From contig JAGVWX010000018.1 in assembly GCA_018304105.1 (NCBI GenBank), positions 13,336 to 77,335 on the forward strand: a DNA stretch of 64,000 bases. Reading direction: 5' to 3'. The notes under the pieces are model-generated. The model was not told the DNA's origin, did not search any database, and was given only the letters and a program-made list of their open reading frames with translations. This stretch comes from Candidatus Pacearchaeota archaeon. Lineage in GTDB: Archaea; Nanobdellota; Nanobdellia; Pacearchaeales; GW2011-AR1. Made by a program: the position numbers and the translations under genes. This document shows positions 44,483 to 53,478 of the stretch, one piece after another; the stretch's first letter is position 1; the number at the start of each line of letters is the position of its first letter.

Positions 44483-45222
44483 CTTCCATCTTCCCCTTCA
44501 AACCAAGATTCGACTTTGTCGGTTAAACCATTTATGTGAACTTTATCTGCGACAAATTCAACTGCTCTTCGCGCTTTGATTTCAGCGTCGGTTGACGGGC
44601 CTTTTATCCAAATCCATCCGTTTTGTCCGACAGTAATCTGGCATCCAGTTCTTTCTTTGATGAGATTTACCATTGAACCTTCTCTACCAATTATTCTTGG
44701 AACTCTGCTTGGAATTATTCTGAATATGAAACCGTCTTCTAGTTTGCCCAGGCCTTTTCCTTTTAGTGTCAAGTCGATGCTTTTTCCTTTGACTGTCCAG
44801 ATTTTTGCTGAGATGACGTCACCGATTGCGAGAAATTGGTCCATTTCATTTCGGTTTATGAATCTTGGAGATTCGTCGATAGGCAAAAATGCAGATGATG
44901 CTGAGTCAATATCAATTAACCATCCAGAATATGTCAAGTCAACAACTCTTCCGATGATGACGTTGTTTCTTCTTGGAATGAACGCGCCGAAAATTGGAAT
45001 TAATTTGACAACGCGGCCTGCTTCTTCTGCAAGACCGAATTTGCTCGCGACGATTTTAGAACCTTCTCTTCTTGTTCCTTCTCCTGGCAAGAAATCTTCG
45101 CCCTCAACAATCACTTCTCCAGGAACAACAATTTTTCTTTTAGCGTCAGAACTATAACCTGAATCCTCAACGGCTTCGTGTGCCTCATTAATCTCATTTC
45201 TCATTGTAATTGTAATAAACAA
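44479..45222 (-). CDS. rrp4: Exosome subunit Rrp4 (S1 + KH)
   Basis: VVPGEVI...IGRVVDLTYSGWLIDIDS (S1) and RIIGREGSMVNLIKERTGCQITVGQNGWIWI (KH). Confidence 0.85.
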   Translation of the reverse strand: MFITITMRNEINEAHEAVEDSGYSSDAKRKIVVPGEVIVEGEDFLPGEGTRREGSKIVASKFGLAEEAGRVVKLIPIFGAFIPRRNNVIIGRVVDLTYSGWLIDIDSASSAFLPIDESPRFINRNEMDQFLAIGDVISAKIWTVKGKSIDLTLKGKGLGKLEDGFIFRIIPSRVPRIIGREGSMVNLIKERTGCQITVGQNGWIWIKGPSTDAEIKARRAVEFVADKVHINGLTDKVESWFEGEDGR

Positions 45223-45333
45223 CAGAATAATAGTAATTTATTCCTTGCTTTCGGAAAAGTCTAGAAATTGAGGTTTAAAAAGGTTTTGGAAGATTTGGAG
45301 ATTATGGAAAAAGCCATTTAACAAACGGAGGCT

Positions 45334-45726
45334 TCAGTATATCGACCTTTTAAATTCTCTTTCTTCTCTAAGAACCTCAGCACACTTTTTAGTCCATTCC
45401 ATGTAATCTTGGTTTCTATTTGCGATTTCTTTTTCTATCGTGTATATCCTAAAAGCTACAATTACTCTTAAAACTATTAATGCAACTGCGATAACTAACA
45501 GAGGATTAAATAATAATCCTGCAATTACAAAAAAGATTCCTAAATAGTAAAAATATCTATAAATGGAAAGCCAAAACCATCCTAATTTATATCTTACATA
45601 TCCTTTTTCTATTCGTTCCCATGGTGGCCTTCCTTCTGCTTGTGCCGTATGCCTATGTTCATAGCAATACTTTCTTCCCGTTACTATTCTTCTATCACAT
45701 TCGGGATATTGGCAGATTTTAGTCAT
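45334..45726 (-). CDS. Zn-ribbon + 2-TM protein (paralog of 45723..46064)
   Basis: CQYPECDRRIVTGRKYCYEHRH followed by two TM helices. Confidence 0.5.
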   Translation of the reverse strand: MTKICQYPECDRRIVTGRKYCYEHRHTAQAEGRPPWERIEKGYVRYKLGWFWLSIYRYFYYLGIFFVIAGLLFNPLLVIAVALIVLRVIVAFRIYTIEKEIANRNQDYMEWTKKCAEVLREEREFKRSIY

Positions 45727-46064
45727 TTAAACAGCGCCCCTTCCTTTTTGCTTTTTAATTTTCCATAAGTATATTTTACACCATAGACTACTCCTGCAAT
45801 TATAAGCGCCCAGAGTAATAGCGAGAATAATAACAAACCAACTGCTTCCGTGTTTTTATAAGCTAAAAAAACAATAGCCCCTATAAACTTTATCGCAACA
45901 ATTAGAAAAATCACGGCCATCGCTCCAAGAAGAAGATATAGTGTAAGTTTCCCATTAGGTTTATTCGTATTAGCCGGAGAGCCATACCCAGAATTTCTAT
46001 GTCGCCAACAGTATTTTCTTCCTGTTCTTATAGGGGTATCGCAAACCTCACAGAATTTAGGCAT
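45723..46064 (-). CDS. Zn-ribbon + 2-TM protein (paralog of 45334..45726)
   Basis: CEVCDTPIRTGRKYCWRHRN followed by two TM helices; 4-nt overlap with its paralog. Confidence 0.5.
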   Translation of the reverse strand: MPKFCEVCDTPIRTGRKYCWRHRNSGYGSPANTNKPNGKLTLYLLLGAMAVIFLIVAIKFIGAIVFLAYKNTEAVGLLLFSLLLWALIIAGVVYGVKYTYGKLKSKKEGALFK

Positions 46065-46181
46065 TCTAAAAACAACAAACCCTATTTTAAATAATTAACG
46101 TAAATAGCCTTTGGGGTCATAATGCTTTGTTTTCTGTCACTTAAAATTCCTTCTCTTCCTCGCAATTTCCCGAATTTACTT

Positions 46182-46385
46182 TTATTTACCAACCTTCTTC
46201 GTCCTTGTAATGGCCTCAAGGATTTTTACTGCGGTGTGGCTGGCGTCAAGGATTTCTATTTCTATTGGCAAGCCGTCTTTTGTGTAATGTGTTATTATGT
46301 TTTCTCTCTGCTCTCCGAAGTCTGGTGTTTCGACTCCGAGAGTTATTACTAGTACATCTGTTTCGGGGTCATATTTATATTTCAT
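46182..46385 (-). CDS. DUF2283 family protein
   Basis: MKYKYDPETDVLVITL...GLPIEIEILDAS. Confidence 0.6.
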   Translation of the reverse strand: MKYKYDPETDVLVITLGVETPDFGEQRENIITHYTKDGLPIEIEILDASHTAVKILEAITRTKKVGK

Positions 46386-46525
46386 ATCGTTTTCTCCTCG
46401 TTTTGTAGCAGGTCACCACAATATTTATGTCTTTCTTATATTATTCAGAAATAAGGTTACCCCGATAGCTTGCAGGCAATAAACATGGGAGATACTTTTA
46501 AAAACAAATAACCCGTAGAAGATTG

Positions 46526-46690
46526 ATGGGGAAAAAGAGAGGATTCAGAGATTTCCTTATTGTGGCTCTTGCTCTTGTCGGAACGATGTTAATAATTTTT
46601 GGGATGGGTACGACTCCTTTGGTTGTAATGGGGACGTTGTCAATCCTTTTGTCCATTATTATTAGCCTCTCAAGATTTTTACTGAAATAG
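46526..46690 (+). CDS. 54-aa membrane protein (MGKKRGFRDFLIVALALVGTMLIIFG...)
   Basis: Hand-translated; below the track cutoff. Same strand as, and 9 nt upstream of, 46700..47059. More plausible than the antisense track ORF 46498..46698. Confidence 0.4.
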   Translation: MGKKRGFRDFLIVALALVGTMLIIFGMGTTPLVVMGTLSILLSIIISLSRFLLK

Positions 46691-46699
46691 GATCTCAAA

Positions 46700-47059
46700 A
46701 TGAATGGGTTTGGAGAAATACCAAGGTATGTTAGATATGATTTCTTAATTACATTTATTGCGCTTGTTTTAATGAGTTCTGCGTGGTATTTTAGTAGCGT
46801 GAATAATATTCCAAGGGAAGATACAAATATTTTCTACCTTGTAGGCATCCCTTTGGCCATCTGGGGATTTGGAGAAATGTATAACAATTATCGTGAAGGG
46901 AGGGATTTAAGACAGCTCCAAATAATTATGGAAAAGAAAGAAATATTTGATGAACTGACTAAACATAAAATCTTAGACGCTGACAAAAAAGTCTTTTTTA
47001 TAGAAGAGCTCAGGAAAGAGATTGATGAGATTATTGAAAAGAAGAATCAGAAAGATTGA
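46700..47059 (+). CDS. Membrane-anchored hypothetical protein
   Basis: Two TM helices followed by a charged helix. Confidence 0.5.
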   Translation: MNGFGEIPRYVRYDFLITFIALVLMSSAWYFSSVNNIPREDTNIFYLVGIPLAIWGFGEMYNNYREGRDLRQLQIIMEKKEIFDELTKHKILDADKKVFFIEELRKEIDEIIEKKNQKD

Positions 47060-47104
47060 GACATTTGTCGATTTGTTTATTTGTGCAGATTAATCTAAGA
47101 AATC

Positions 47105-47782
47105 TTACTCGACCTTCTTGAGTTCTTCGCTTTGAATTGAGCCGTGAGTTATATGATTGAGCTTGTCGAAGAAATCCATGAGGAGGCCTGCCGGAATATC
47201 CAGGACGACCTGGAGGTTTCCGTTTGAGAGCCATTCCTCACTTTCTTTGTATTCCTGGACTAGACCGTATGTGTGACCTGTGTATTGGGCAGGAATTGTA
47301 AGCTTGATTCTTTTTGTTTCAATCTTAATAGGAATTATTTCTTTTAATTTGGACATGACATCCGGAAGCTGCCTTTCTGCGGGACGAGAGTCGAAGCTGT
47401 AGTGCGCGTCTTCGATGGCGGTTCTTATTCTGTCTTCTGTATATGGACGGCCGTGCTGGTCTGTGGCGTTCTTAATTATTAACTGTATGACTTGCTTAAC
47501 CTTCTTGTCTCTTTCTTCATCGCGGAATTCCTGAGTCTTTTGGACTTCACCTTTTTGCATTATCTGCTTTGCTATTTCATAAATGTCGGTTGTACCGAAT
47601 GCATCCTGCAAGTCTTCCTTTGAAACGCGGGTTGCTTTTTTGATGTCGTGATAAACTTCAGCAGACTGCAATGCGGAAGCCACGTCGCCCTGGCCGTTTC
47701 TAACTTTTAGCGCTTCGTCCAAATCGACAGAGATTTCATAATGCTTGCCCTTAACTTTCATTCTTGCTTCTACATTTGACAT
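47105..47782 (-). CDS. SBDS family ribosome maturation protein
   Basis: ARMKVKGKHYEISVDLDEALKVRNG...YHDIKKATRVSKEDLQDAFGTTDIYEIAKQIMQKGEVQ. Confidence 0.85.
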   Translation of the reverse strand: MSNVEARMKVKGKHYEISVDLDEALKVRNGQGDVASALQSAEVYHDIKKATRVSKEDLQDAFGTTDIYEIAKQIMQKGEVQKTQEFRDEERDKKVKQVIQLIIKNATDQHGRPYTEDRIRTAIEDAHYSFDSRPAERQLPDVMSKLKEIIPIKIETKRIKLTIPAQYTGHTYGLVQEYKESEEWLSNGNLQVVLDIPAGLLMDFFDKLNHITHGSIQSEELKKVE

Positions 47783-47824
47783 GTGTCTTTGTAAGGAGAA
47801 GAGGTTTTTAAGTATTATTGTTAA

Positions 47825-48064
47825 TCATCTGTAATCTAAAATATCTGTAACAACTTTGGACAAACATTCTGGCGGCGTGTAATTATCTGGAAGAGATGCT
47901 TTGTAAGAGTCCCCGACTTCCCGGATTACTTCGAGAAGTTCATCGTCTGAAAGATCCAAAGAATCTAATCTGCTGTCTTCGGTTCCGTCTTCTTCTGGAT
48001 CGAGGTCAAGTACATTGGCCAGGTCTTGTAAAATTTGTTGTCTTAATAGTCCGTTTGTTGACAT
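47825..48064 (-). CDS. Acyl-carrier-protein-like small acidic protein (divergent)
   Basis: LRQQILQDLANVLDL...RLDSLDLSDDELLEVIREV shows ACP-like helix spacing around DSLD. Confidence 0.4.
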   Translation of the reverse strand: MSTNGLLRQQILQDLANVLDLDPEEDGTEDSRLDSLDLSDDELLEVIREVGDSYKASLPDNYTPPECLSKVVTDILDYR

Positions 48065-48107
48065 TTTATGAGTTGATTATCCGAGAATTAATAAACATTG
48101 TTATTGC

Positions 48108-48425
48108 TTACTTGCTTTGCTCGTCGGCTATGCGCTTAGAAATGTATGAACAGAACTCTCCAAGGTTTCTTGGCTCTGGTTCGATGCTATCGGGTATTGT
48201 AAACTTTGCGAGATGATATCTTTTCTCCACCGCCTCTTCGGTATTCATAACGGTTTCTGCTATGTCAAGACTGTCTGCATTATAATCATTAACTAAAGAT
48301 TTTCCTCTTTCTACCTTTACTGGTTCAATACCTAGTTGGTTTGCTACTACTGGAACGATTATCTCCTGCCATACCTCATCATCTAGAGCCATGAGCGTGT
48401 TAAAATTATTTTGGTTAATAAACAT
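48108..48425 (-). CDS. Acyl-carrier-protein-like (PP-binding) protein
   Basis: IIVPVVANQLGIEPVKVERGKSLVNDYNADSLDIAETVMNTEEAV...IPD aligns with the E. coli ACP segment [41 protein letters not shown]..IPD. Confidence 0.55.
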   Translation of the reverse strand: MFINQNNFNTLMALDDEVWQEIIVPVVANQLGIEPVKVERGKSLVNDYNADSLDIAETVMNTEEAVEKRYHLAKFTIPDSIEPEPRNLGEFCSYISKRIADEQSK

Positions 48426-48496
48426 TATTGTAATGCTGTTTCAGTAAAGCTTAAAAACGGTTGAGTTATTGTAGAGTTATATTTTCTAGGTGAAAA

Positions 48497-49222
48497 ATGG
48501 ATATGCCATCAGAAATGCAGCATCAGGTAATGGGCTACGATAGGGCCGCGACTATGTTTTCGCCAGATGGACATCTCCTGCAGGTTGAGTATGCAGAGAA
48601 AACTGTAAGGCTTGGAAGCGCCAGCATAGGAATTGTATGCAAAGACGGAGTTGTAATAGTCGCTGATAAAAGAATCAGAGACAAATTAATTTCATCTGAA
48701 TCGGCCCATAAGATTTTTGAAGTAGATTACCACGTGATGGCATCTTTTGCAGGCATGCTGGCTGACGCAAGAACTTTGATGGACAGCGCACAAGTTGTTG
48801 CGCAGCAAAACAGAGTCACATACGGCAGTCCTGCCGAGCCGATGGCAATAATAAGAATGATTGCAGACAAACAACAGGCATTTACACAATATGGCGGAGC
48901 AAGGCCATTTGGAATTTCAGTGATGCTTGCCGGAGTGAACAAAGGAAAGTCGCATTTGTATACTTCAGACGTAACTGGAAATTATTTTGGTTACAAGGCG
49001 AATGCAATCGGAGAAAATGATGAAAAAATTAAAGAAATTCTGAGGAAGGATTTAAAAGAAGACATTATGATTGAAGAAGGAATAAAGTTTGGCTTGAAAG
49101 TCTTCAAAGATATTCTTGAGAAAAATTTTGACCTTAACAGATTTGAAGTTGGTTATATCAAAATTGCAGACGAAAAATTAGAAAGATTGCAAGGCGAACA
49201 GTTAAAGAAATATGTAAAGTAG
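48497..49222 (+). CDS. psmA: Proteasome subunit alpha
   Basis: YDRAATMFSPDGHLLQVEYAEKTVRLGSASIGIVCKDGVVIVADKR. Confidence 0.9.
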   Translation: MDMPSEMQHQVMGYDRAATMFSPDGHLLQVEYAEKTVRLGSASIGIVCKDGVVIVADKRIRDKLISSESAHKIFEVDYHVMASFAGMLADARTLMDSAQVVAQQNRVTYGSPAEPMAIIRMIADKQQAFTQYGGARPFGISVMLAGVNKGKSHLYTSDVTGNYFGYKANAIGENDEKIKEILRKDLKEDIMIEEGIKFGLKVFKDILEKNFDLNRFEVGYIKIADEKLERLQGEQLKKYVK

Positions 49223-49293
49223 GAATTCGTCTGAAGAATTTAATTTGATGTTAGGTATTTGTTATAACATATACTTTAAGATTAAAACACTGC

Positions 49294-49818
49294 TTAAGCG
49301 ACGTTGAAAACTTTTCTAAATATTGATGTGAAAATTATGCTTAAGATTAAGTAAGCCCAAATCCAGCCAAGGAAACCAAATATTTTTACAGGGTTTGCTG
49401 CAAAGTAGTCGTTGAACCATCTGAAAAACAAAATTATCGGAACAGATGTGTAAACTATCGGGCGGAGCGTGATGTCCATTGTCTTAGGCCAAAGTTCAAG
49501 TTGTTTTTTGTTGAGCTCGAGAAACTTTTGCTGGTCGTTTTTGTATTTCTTTATTTCTTCCTGGAGAAGCTTTTGTTCTTTCTTTATTTCTCTGAGAGTT
49601 TTTTGATCGGTCGTATATTTTTGAACAAGAATGATTATCAAACCAATAACTGCTGCGATAATAACCATTCCGATATCCACGTTCCAGTTGAGAAGCGCAC
49701 CTATGCTTGGGTCGAAGGCTGCATGTATTGGATTTTTGATAAAGGCAAGTTTATCCCAGTAAAACGCTATGGCTAGGCTTAACGCCATAACAATAAGCAG
49801 TTTGTTCGTAGATTTCAT
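49294..49818 (-). CDS. DUF106 / EMC3-YidC-like membrane insertase homolog
   Basis: Three TM helices with a charged coiled region KKEQKLLQEEIKKYKNDQQKF. This is the position normally taken by DUF106 next to secY in archaea. Confidence 0.6.
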   Translation of the reverse strand: MKSTNKLLIVMALSLAIAFYWDKLAFIKNPIHAAFDPSIGALLNWNVDIGMVIIAAVIGLIIILVQKYTTDQKTLREIKKEQKLLQEEIKKYKNDQQKFLELNKKQLELWPKTMDITLRPIVYTSVPIILFFRWFNDYFAANPVKIFGFLGWIWAYLILSIIFTSIFRKVFNVA

Positions 49819-49869
49819 TTTTTCATCTCTTAACTAAAATTATGAATCGGGTTATTTAAAGTTTGGGAA

Positions 49870-51227
49870 TTATCCCATGAATTTTCTTAATGCGGGGTGC
49901 ATGTCTACTGCGTGCTGCTGGGCAATGCTTGTGTAAAGCTGATACATTATCATAACCGCGAGAAGAATTGAAGTTCCCCCCGTCATTGCTCCTATGATGT
50001 TTGCGATTGAACCCAGGAACCCGATGGCAAGGCCACCCATGATTGTCGGTCTTTTCTGAAGCCGGGAATTTGCAATCCGGAAGAAAGAATGTTTTTAGCC
50101 TGGCTTGCTTCGTCCATGCCTGAAGTTTTAACCCAGAACATTGCAAATAAAGCCGCGAAGGCCATATAGAACAAAACATGAATTAATGTCTGCCAGATGA
50201 AAGATGTCTGGAAGCTTCCCCTGATTACTGCTTCAACAATATTTGTGCTGCCTATCCAGAAAGACAATCCTGAAATTGGACGGCCATCTATAAATTCTCC
50301 GAGGATTGTCGGATGGCCAAGCCAATTTTGCAGGAGGTTTCCGAATAATTGAATATTTGCCGCAAGCGCCGCGACCAAGATAACAGGAATGACGCTGGAA
50401 TAGAAGAAAGCTAAAGGCCATTTGACGCTGTAACCCCTTATTCTTTCATAAGAAAGAGGAATTTCAACTTTCAATGCCTGTGCCCAGACAACGCCGAAGA
50501 AGATTAACGCTGTCGCGATGATTGCTGCAATAGCAGAAAGGGCGTCTCTTGGCGCGCCGTTAATCACTGATTGAATTATTACTAAAACGTTTCCGACACA
50601 AGGAGTGCCGGAGAAGTCTGCGAGGCAATTTGCGCCGGCAGCGTCAATGAATTGGAATAGGCCATTAAACAAGCTCCATGCAACGCCCGCCACAATAAAG
50701 AGCGAGACGCCTGAGCCGAAGCCCCATTTTTGCACGACTTCGTCCATGAACATAACTGCAAGACCGCCAAGGATTAATTGGAAGATAAGAATCTGCGCGC
50801 CCCAGGCAAGAGCAGGAGAAGCTTGCAAACCACCCATAGCCACATAAATTACAGATTCAAATACTATGAAGAAAATAACGCCTATTTTTTGAAGGCCTTG
50901 AAAATATCTCTTTCCTTCTTCGGTTTTCGTGTCTATGCCCAAGATTCCTGAACCGACAAGAAGCTGCAAGATAATTGAGGAAGTGACTATCGGACCGATG
51001 CCTAAACTCATTATTGTACCGAACTGAGACGCGAGTATGACCTGCAGAAATTCTAAATTTCCGAGAGAGTTAGTGGACAATCCATAAAGGTCTATATTCG
51101 CTAAAACGAAAAACGCAGCCAGAATAATTAGCGTCCATTTTAATTTAACGTTGAAACTAAGTTTTTTTTCAGTTGGTCGCCTAACCTCGGGGAGGTTGTA
51201 TAGTATACTTTTTAACGAGAGGGCCAT
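49870..51227 (-). CDS. secY: Preprotein translocase SecY, with an apparent 1-nt frameshift near 50052-50055
   Basis: The 411-aa ORF ends ...GLQIPGFRKD and then runs into out-of-frame residues. The genuine C-terminus (PTIMGGLAIGFLGSIANIIGAMTGGTSILLAVMIMYQLY...HPALRKFMG) is in the -1 frame and ends at 49870. Confidence 0.8.
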
Positions 51228-51230
51228 TGT

Positions 51231-51626
51231 TTACGCCTTTTTTACCATTATATCTCCGCCGGCTTTTTTAACTTTGCCTATTGCGGATTCTGAAGCGGCA
51301 TCTGCAGTTATAGTAATTTTTTCTTTTAATTCTCCTTCACCAAGGATTTTGAATCCTTTGAGAACGACTTCTTTTTTTCCCGCAAACTTCTCGGAAATTT
51401 GAGAAAGGTTGATGACTTTTAATTTAATTTTCTTTTTTCTTCTCAGCGTTTTATCTTTGCCTGGTGGGAAGTTGATTAAATCTTTTTTTTGGTCTGCTTT
51501 CTTCCCGCTTCCTGCGCGACCGACTCCGCCACGATTACCCGAGCCACGGGCTTTTTTCTTAGCGCCCCTGCCATGAGTATGAGTTCCTCTGAACCTTGTT
51601 ACTTTTTTCCTTTTTTTGTTTACCAT
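51231..51626 (-). CDS. rpl15: Ribosomal protein uL15
   Basis: RFRGTHTHGRGAKKKARGSGNRGGVGRAGSGKK. Confidence 0.85.
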   Translation of the reverse strand: MVNKKRKKVTRFRGTHTHGRGAKKKARGSGNRGGVGRAGSGKKADQKKDLINFPPGKDKTLRRKKKIKLKVINLSQISEKFAGKKEVVLKGFKILGEGELKEKITITADAASESAIGKVKKAGGDIMVKKA

Positions 51627-51809
51627 TTAATTTTCCTCCTCGGCTGTTCTTTTTGCCAGAACGTTTTCTGCTTCGCGCTCTTCAATTTCATCGTCTGGGA
51701 CCTTGATAAAACTGTCGACTGCTTCGCATTCAGAACATTCTGCTGGAGGGTATGCACCGTACTCGATGTTTCCGCATTCGCATTCCCAGACAATTCCTTT
51801 TCCAGCCAT
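51627..51809 (-). CDS. 60-aa Zn-ribbon protein wedged before rpl15
   Basis: WECECGNIEYGAYPPAECSECEA has a CxC...CxxC arrangement; its stop abuts the rpl15 start. Confidence 0.5.
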   Translation of the reverse strand: MAGKGIVWECECGNIEYGAYPPAECSECEAVDSFIKVPDDEIEEREAENVLAKRTAEEEN

Positions 51810-51843
51810 TATTCTGACTCTCCTGATTCTTTTCTTTTGAGTT

Positions 51844-52266
51844 TCATTTTAGGTTTAAAATATATTCTTTTAGCTTAGGATGAAAAGAGGTCGTGAAATA
51901 CTTCTCTATTTCTATTGGATTTACCCACCTTATCTCGACAAATTTCTCTCCTGCCCTTTCCTTACCGCCAATAACCTCGCATAAATAATAAATCGTTAAA
52001 AACTCTCGCTTTTCTGGATAGGTTTTTGCAAAGACAGGCCCAAGACTCTCTACTTTGAGGCCTGTTTTCTTCATTATTTCTCTTTTAAGATAGTCTTCTA
52101 ATTCATCAGTATAGCTAGGCCTTCCTCCTGGAAAACACCATGTTAATTTTTTAATGTAAGTATCATTTTCTCTTCTTCCAATCAAAATCTTTCTTGTTTT
52201 CGTATCGAATACAATTCCTAAAACGTTCACCAGAAAAACTCCCCTGTCAGATTCTTTCCAATTCAT
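51844..52266 (-). CDS. NUDIX hydrolase
   Basis: GGRPSYTDELEDYLKREIMKKTGL approximates the Nudix box Gx5Ex7REUxEExGU. Starts 1 nt after the rpl30 stop. Confidence 0.65.
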   Translation of the reverse strand: MNWKESDRGVFLVNVLGIVFDTKTRKILIGRRENDTYIKKLTWCFPGGRPSYTDELEDYLKREIMKKTGLKVESLGPVFAKTYPEKREFLTIYYLCEVIGGKERAGEKFVEIRWVNPIEIEKYFTTSFHPKLKEYILNLK

Positions 52267-52267
52267 T

Positions 52268-52687
52268 TTATAACATCCTCTCTACTAGCTCATTTATTTT
52301 TTTATTTTCTCCGAGAACGCCTTTGCCTGTTTCTCCAGCGTGCTTCTTTGATTCTATACCTTTTCTAGGAGGATGAAGCCTGAAAAAAGGTTTCAATCCT
52401 AATTCCCCGAGGGATTTCTTTTCTAACTCAGACATGACTTTCTTTGCGTCTATTTTTGCGCCCGCCTTAATTGGCTGTCCTCTTTCGGCTAAAAGTTTGG
52501 CAAGAGTTTCGGTATTGATTTTGCCGTAGGAAACGAAGTTTCTAATCTTCATTAATAACTTAAATGTGTTTTCAGATTCTGGAAGCAAGACTGCTGAATA
52601 TTTTCTATGAGTGTGTATTCTGTTTAAAGTTTCTTTAATATCCCCTGATAAATTCACTTTTCCGGCAATTCTTATTACGACTATCAT
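52268..52687 (-). CDS. rpl30: Ribosomal protein uL30
   Basis: MIVVIRIAGKVNLSGDIKETLNRIHTHRKYSAVLL. Confidence 0.8.
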   Translation of the reverse strand: MIVVIRIAGKVNLSGDIKETLNRIHTHRKYSAVLLPESENTFKLLMKIRNFVSYGKINTETLAKLLAERGQPIKAGAKIDAKKVMSELEKKSLGELGLKPFFRLHPPRKGIESKKHAGETGKGVLGENKKINELVERML

Positions 52688-53478
52688 TGCAACCTCATCT
52701 TTGTTGTTTTTTCTAAAGCGTTAACGCAAGCCTTGGCGACGTTGAAGGTTGTTTTTGTGTGGCCTGTCGCACGAGTGTAAGCGTCTTTTACGCCAGCTAG
52801 ATGAAGAATTTTTTTGACTTCTGAGCCTGCGACGAGACCTGTTCCTCTTGGCGCCGGCCAGAGAACAATCCGAACGCTTCCGCATTTGCCTTCGACCTTG
52901 AATGGAACTGTGTGGGGCTTGGTCTTGTCTTTTTCTTCTTCTGGAGATTCGAAACCCAACATTACCTTCAAAAGATTTAACTTTGCATTCCTTAACGATT
53001 TTTCTCTTGCGGGAAGAGTTTCAGAAGCTTTTCCAAAACCTAAACCTATGTGGCCGTCTTTATCGCCGACGACTGCCATTGCTGAGAAGGACAGAACGTT
53101 TCCTTCTTTTGTTTTCTTTTGAGTCTGTCTCCAAGCTCTTCTTTTACCGCCGCCAAATTTTCCTTTTGCCTGGCCGATAGCTATCAAGTCGGATTCTAAA
53201 GGCAAGAGCTTGTCAACTATTTCAGATTCAAGAATCTTTTTTCCAGACTTGAGTATTTTGTCTATGTCTTTTTCCTTTCCCTCTTTGACCAGTTTTCCAA
53301 GCCTTGTTTTTGGAGCCCAGGAAGCAACGGCGTCTTGAGATCTGTCTTGGCGATCCAATCTTTTAATTTCCTCCGTTACTTCTTTTTCTGCGACTACTTC
53401 TATCTCAATCTTTTCTAATTCTTCTGGAACTGCTTCAATGAGATCCTTCGGTTCGTTTTTTGTTTCTTTTTCTGCCAT
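52684..53478 (-). CDS. rps5: Ribosomal protein uS5 with an acidic N-terminal extension
   Basis: WAPKTRLGKLVKEGK...VVGDKDGHIGLGFGKASETLPAREKSLRNAKLNL... Confidence 0.85.
   Translation of the reverse strand: MAEKETKNEPKDLIEAVPEELEKIEIEVVAEKEVTEEIKRLDRQDRSQDAVASWAPKTRLGKLVKEGKEKDIDKILKSGKKILESEIVDKLLPLESDLIAIGQAKGKFGGGKRRAWRQTQKKTKEGNVLSFSAMAVVGDKDGHIGLGFGKASETLPAREKSLRNAKLNLLKVMLGFESPEEEKDKTKPHTVPFKVEGKCGSVRIVLWPAPRGTGLVAGSEVKKILHLAGVKDAYTRATGHTKTTFNVAKACVNALEKTTKMRLQ

Noticed and set aside
46498-46698. 66-aa minus-strand ORF.
   Set aside because: The opposite strand encodes a cleaner 54-aa two-helix membrane protein with an ATG start, co-oriented with the downstream gene.
49856-50179. 107-aa track ORF overlapping the 3' end of secY.
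   Set aside because: It is in the wrong frame. The SecY C-terminal helix is in the third frame (49870..50050). This ORF is a by-product of the frameshifted region.
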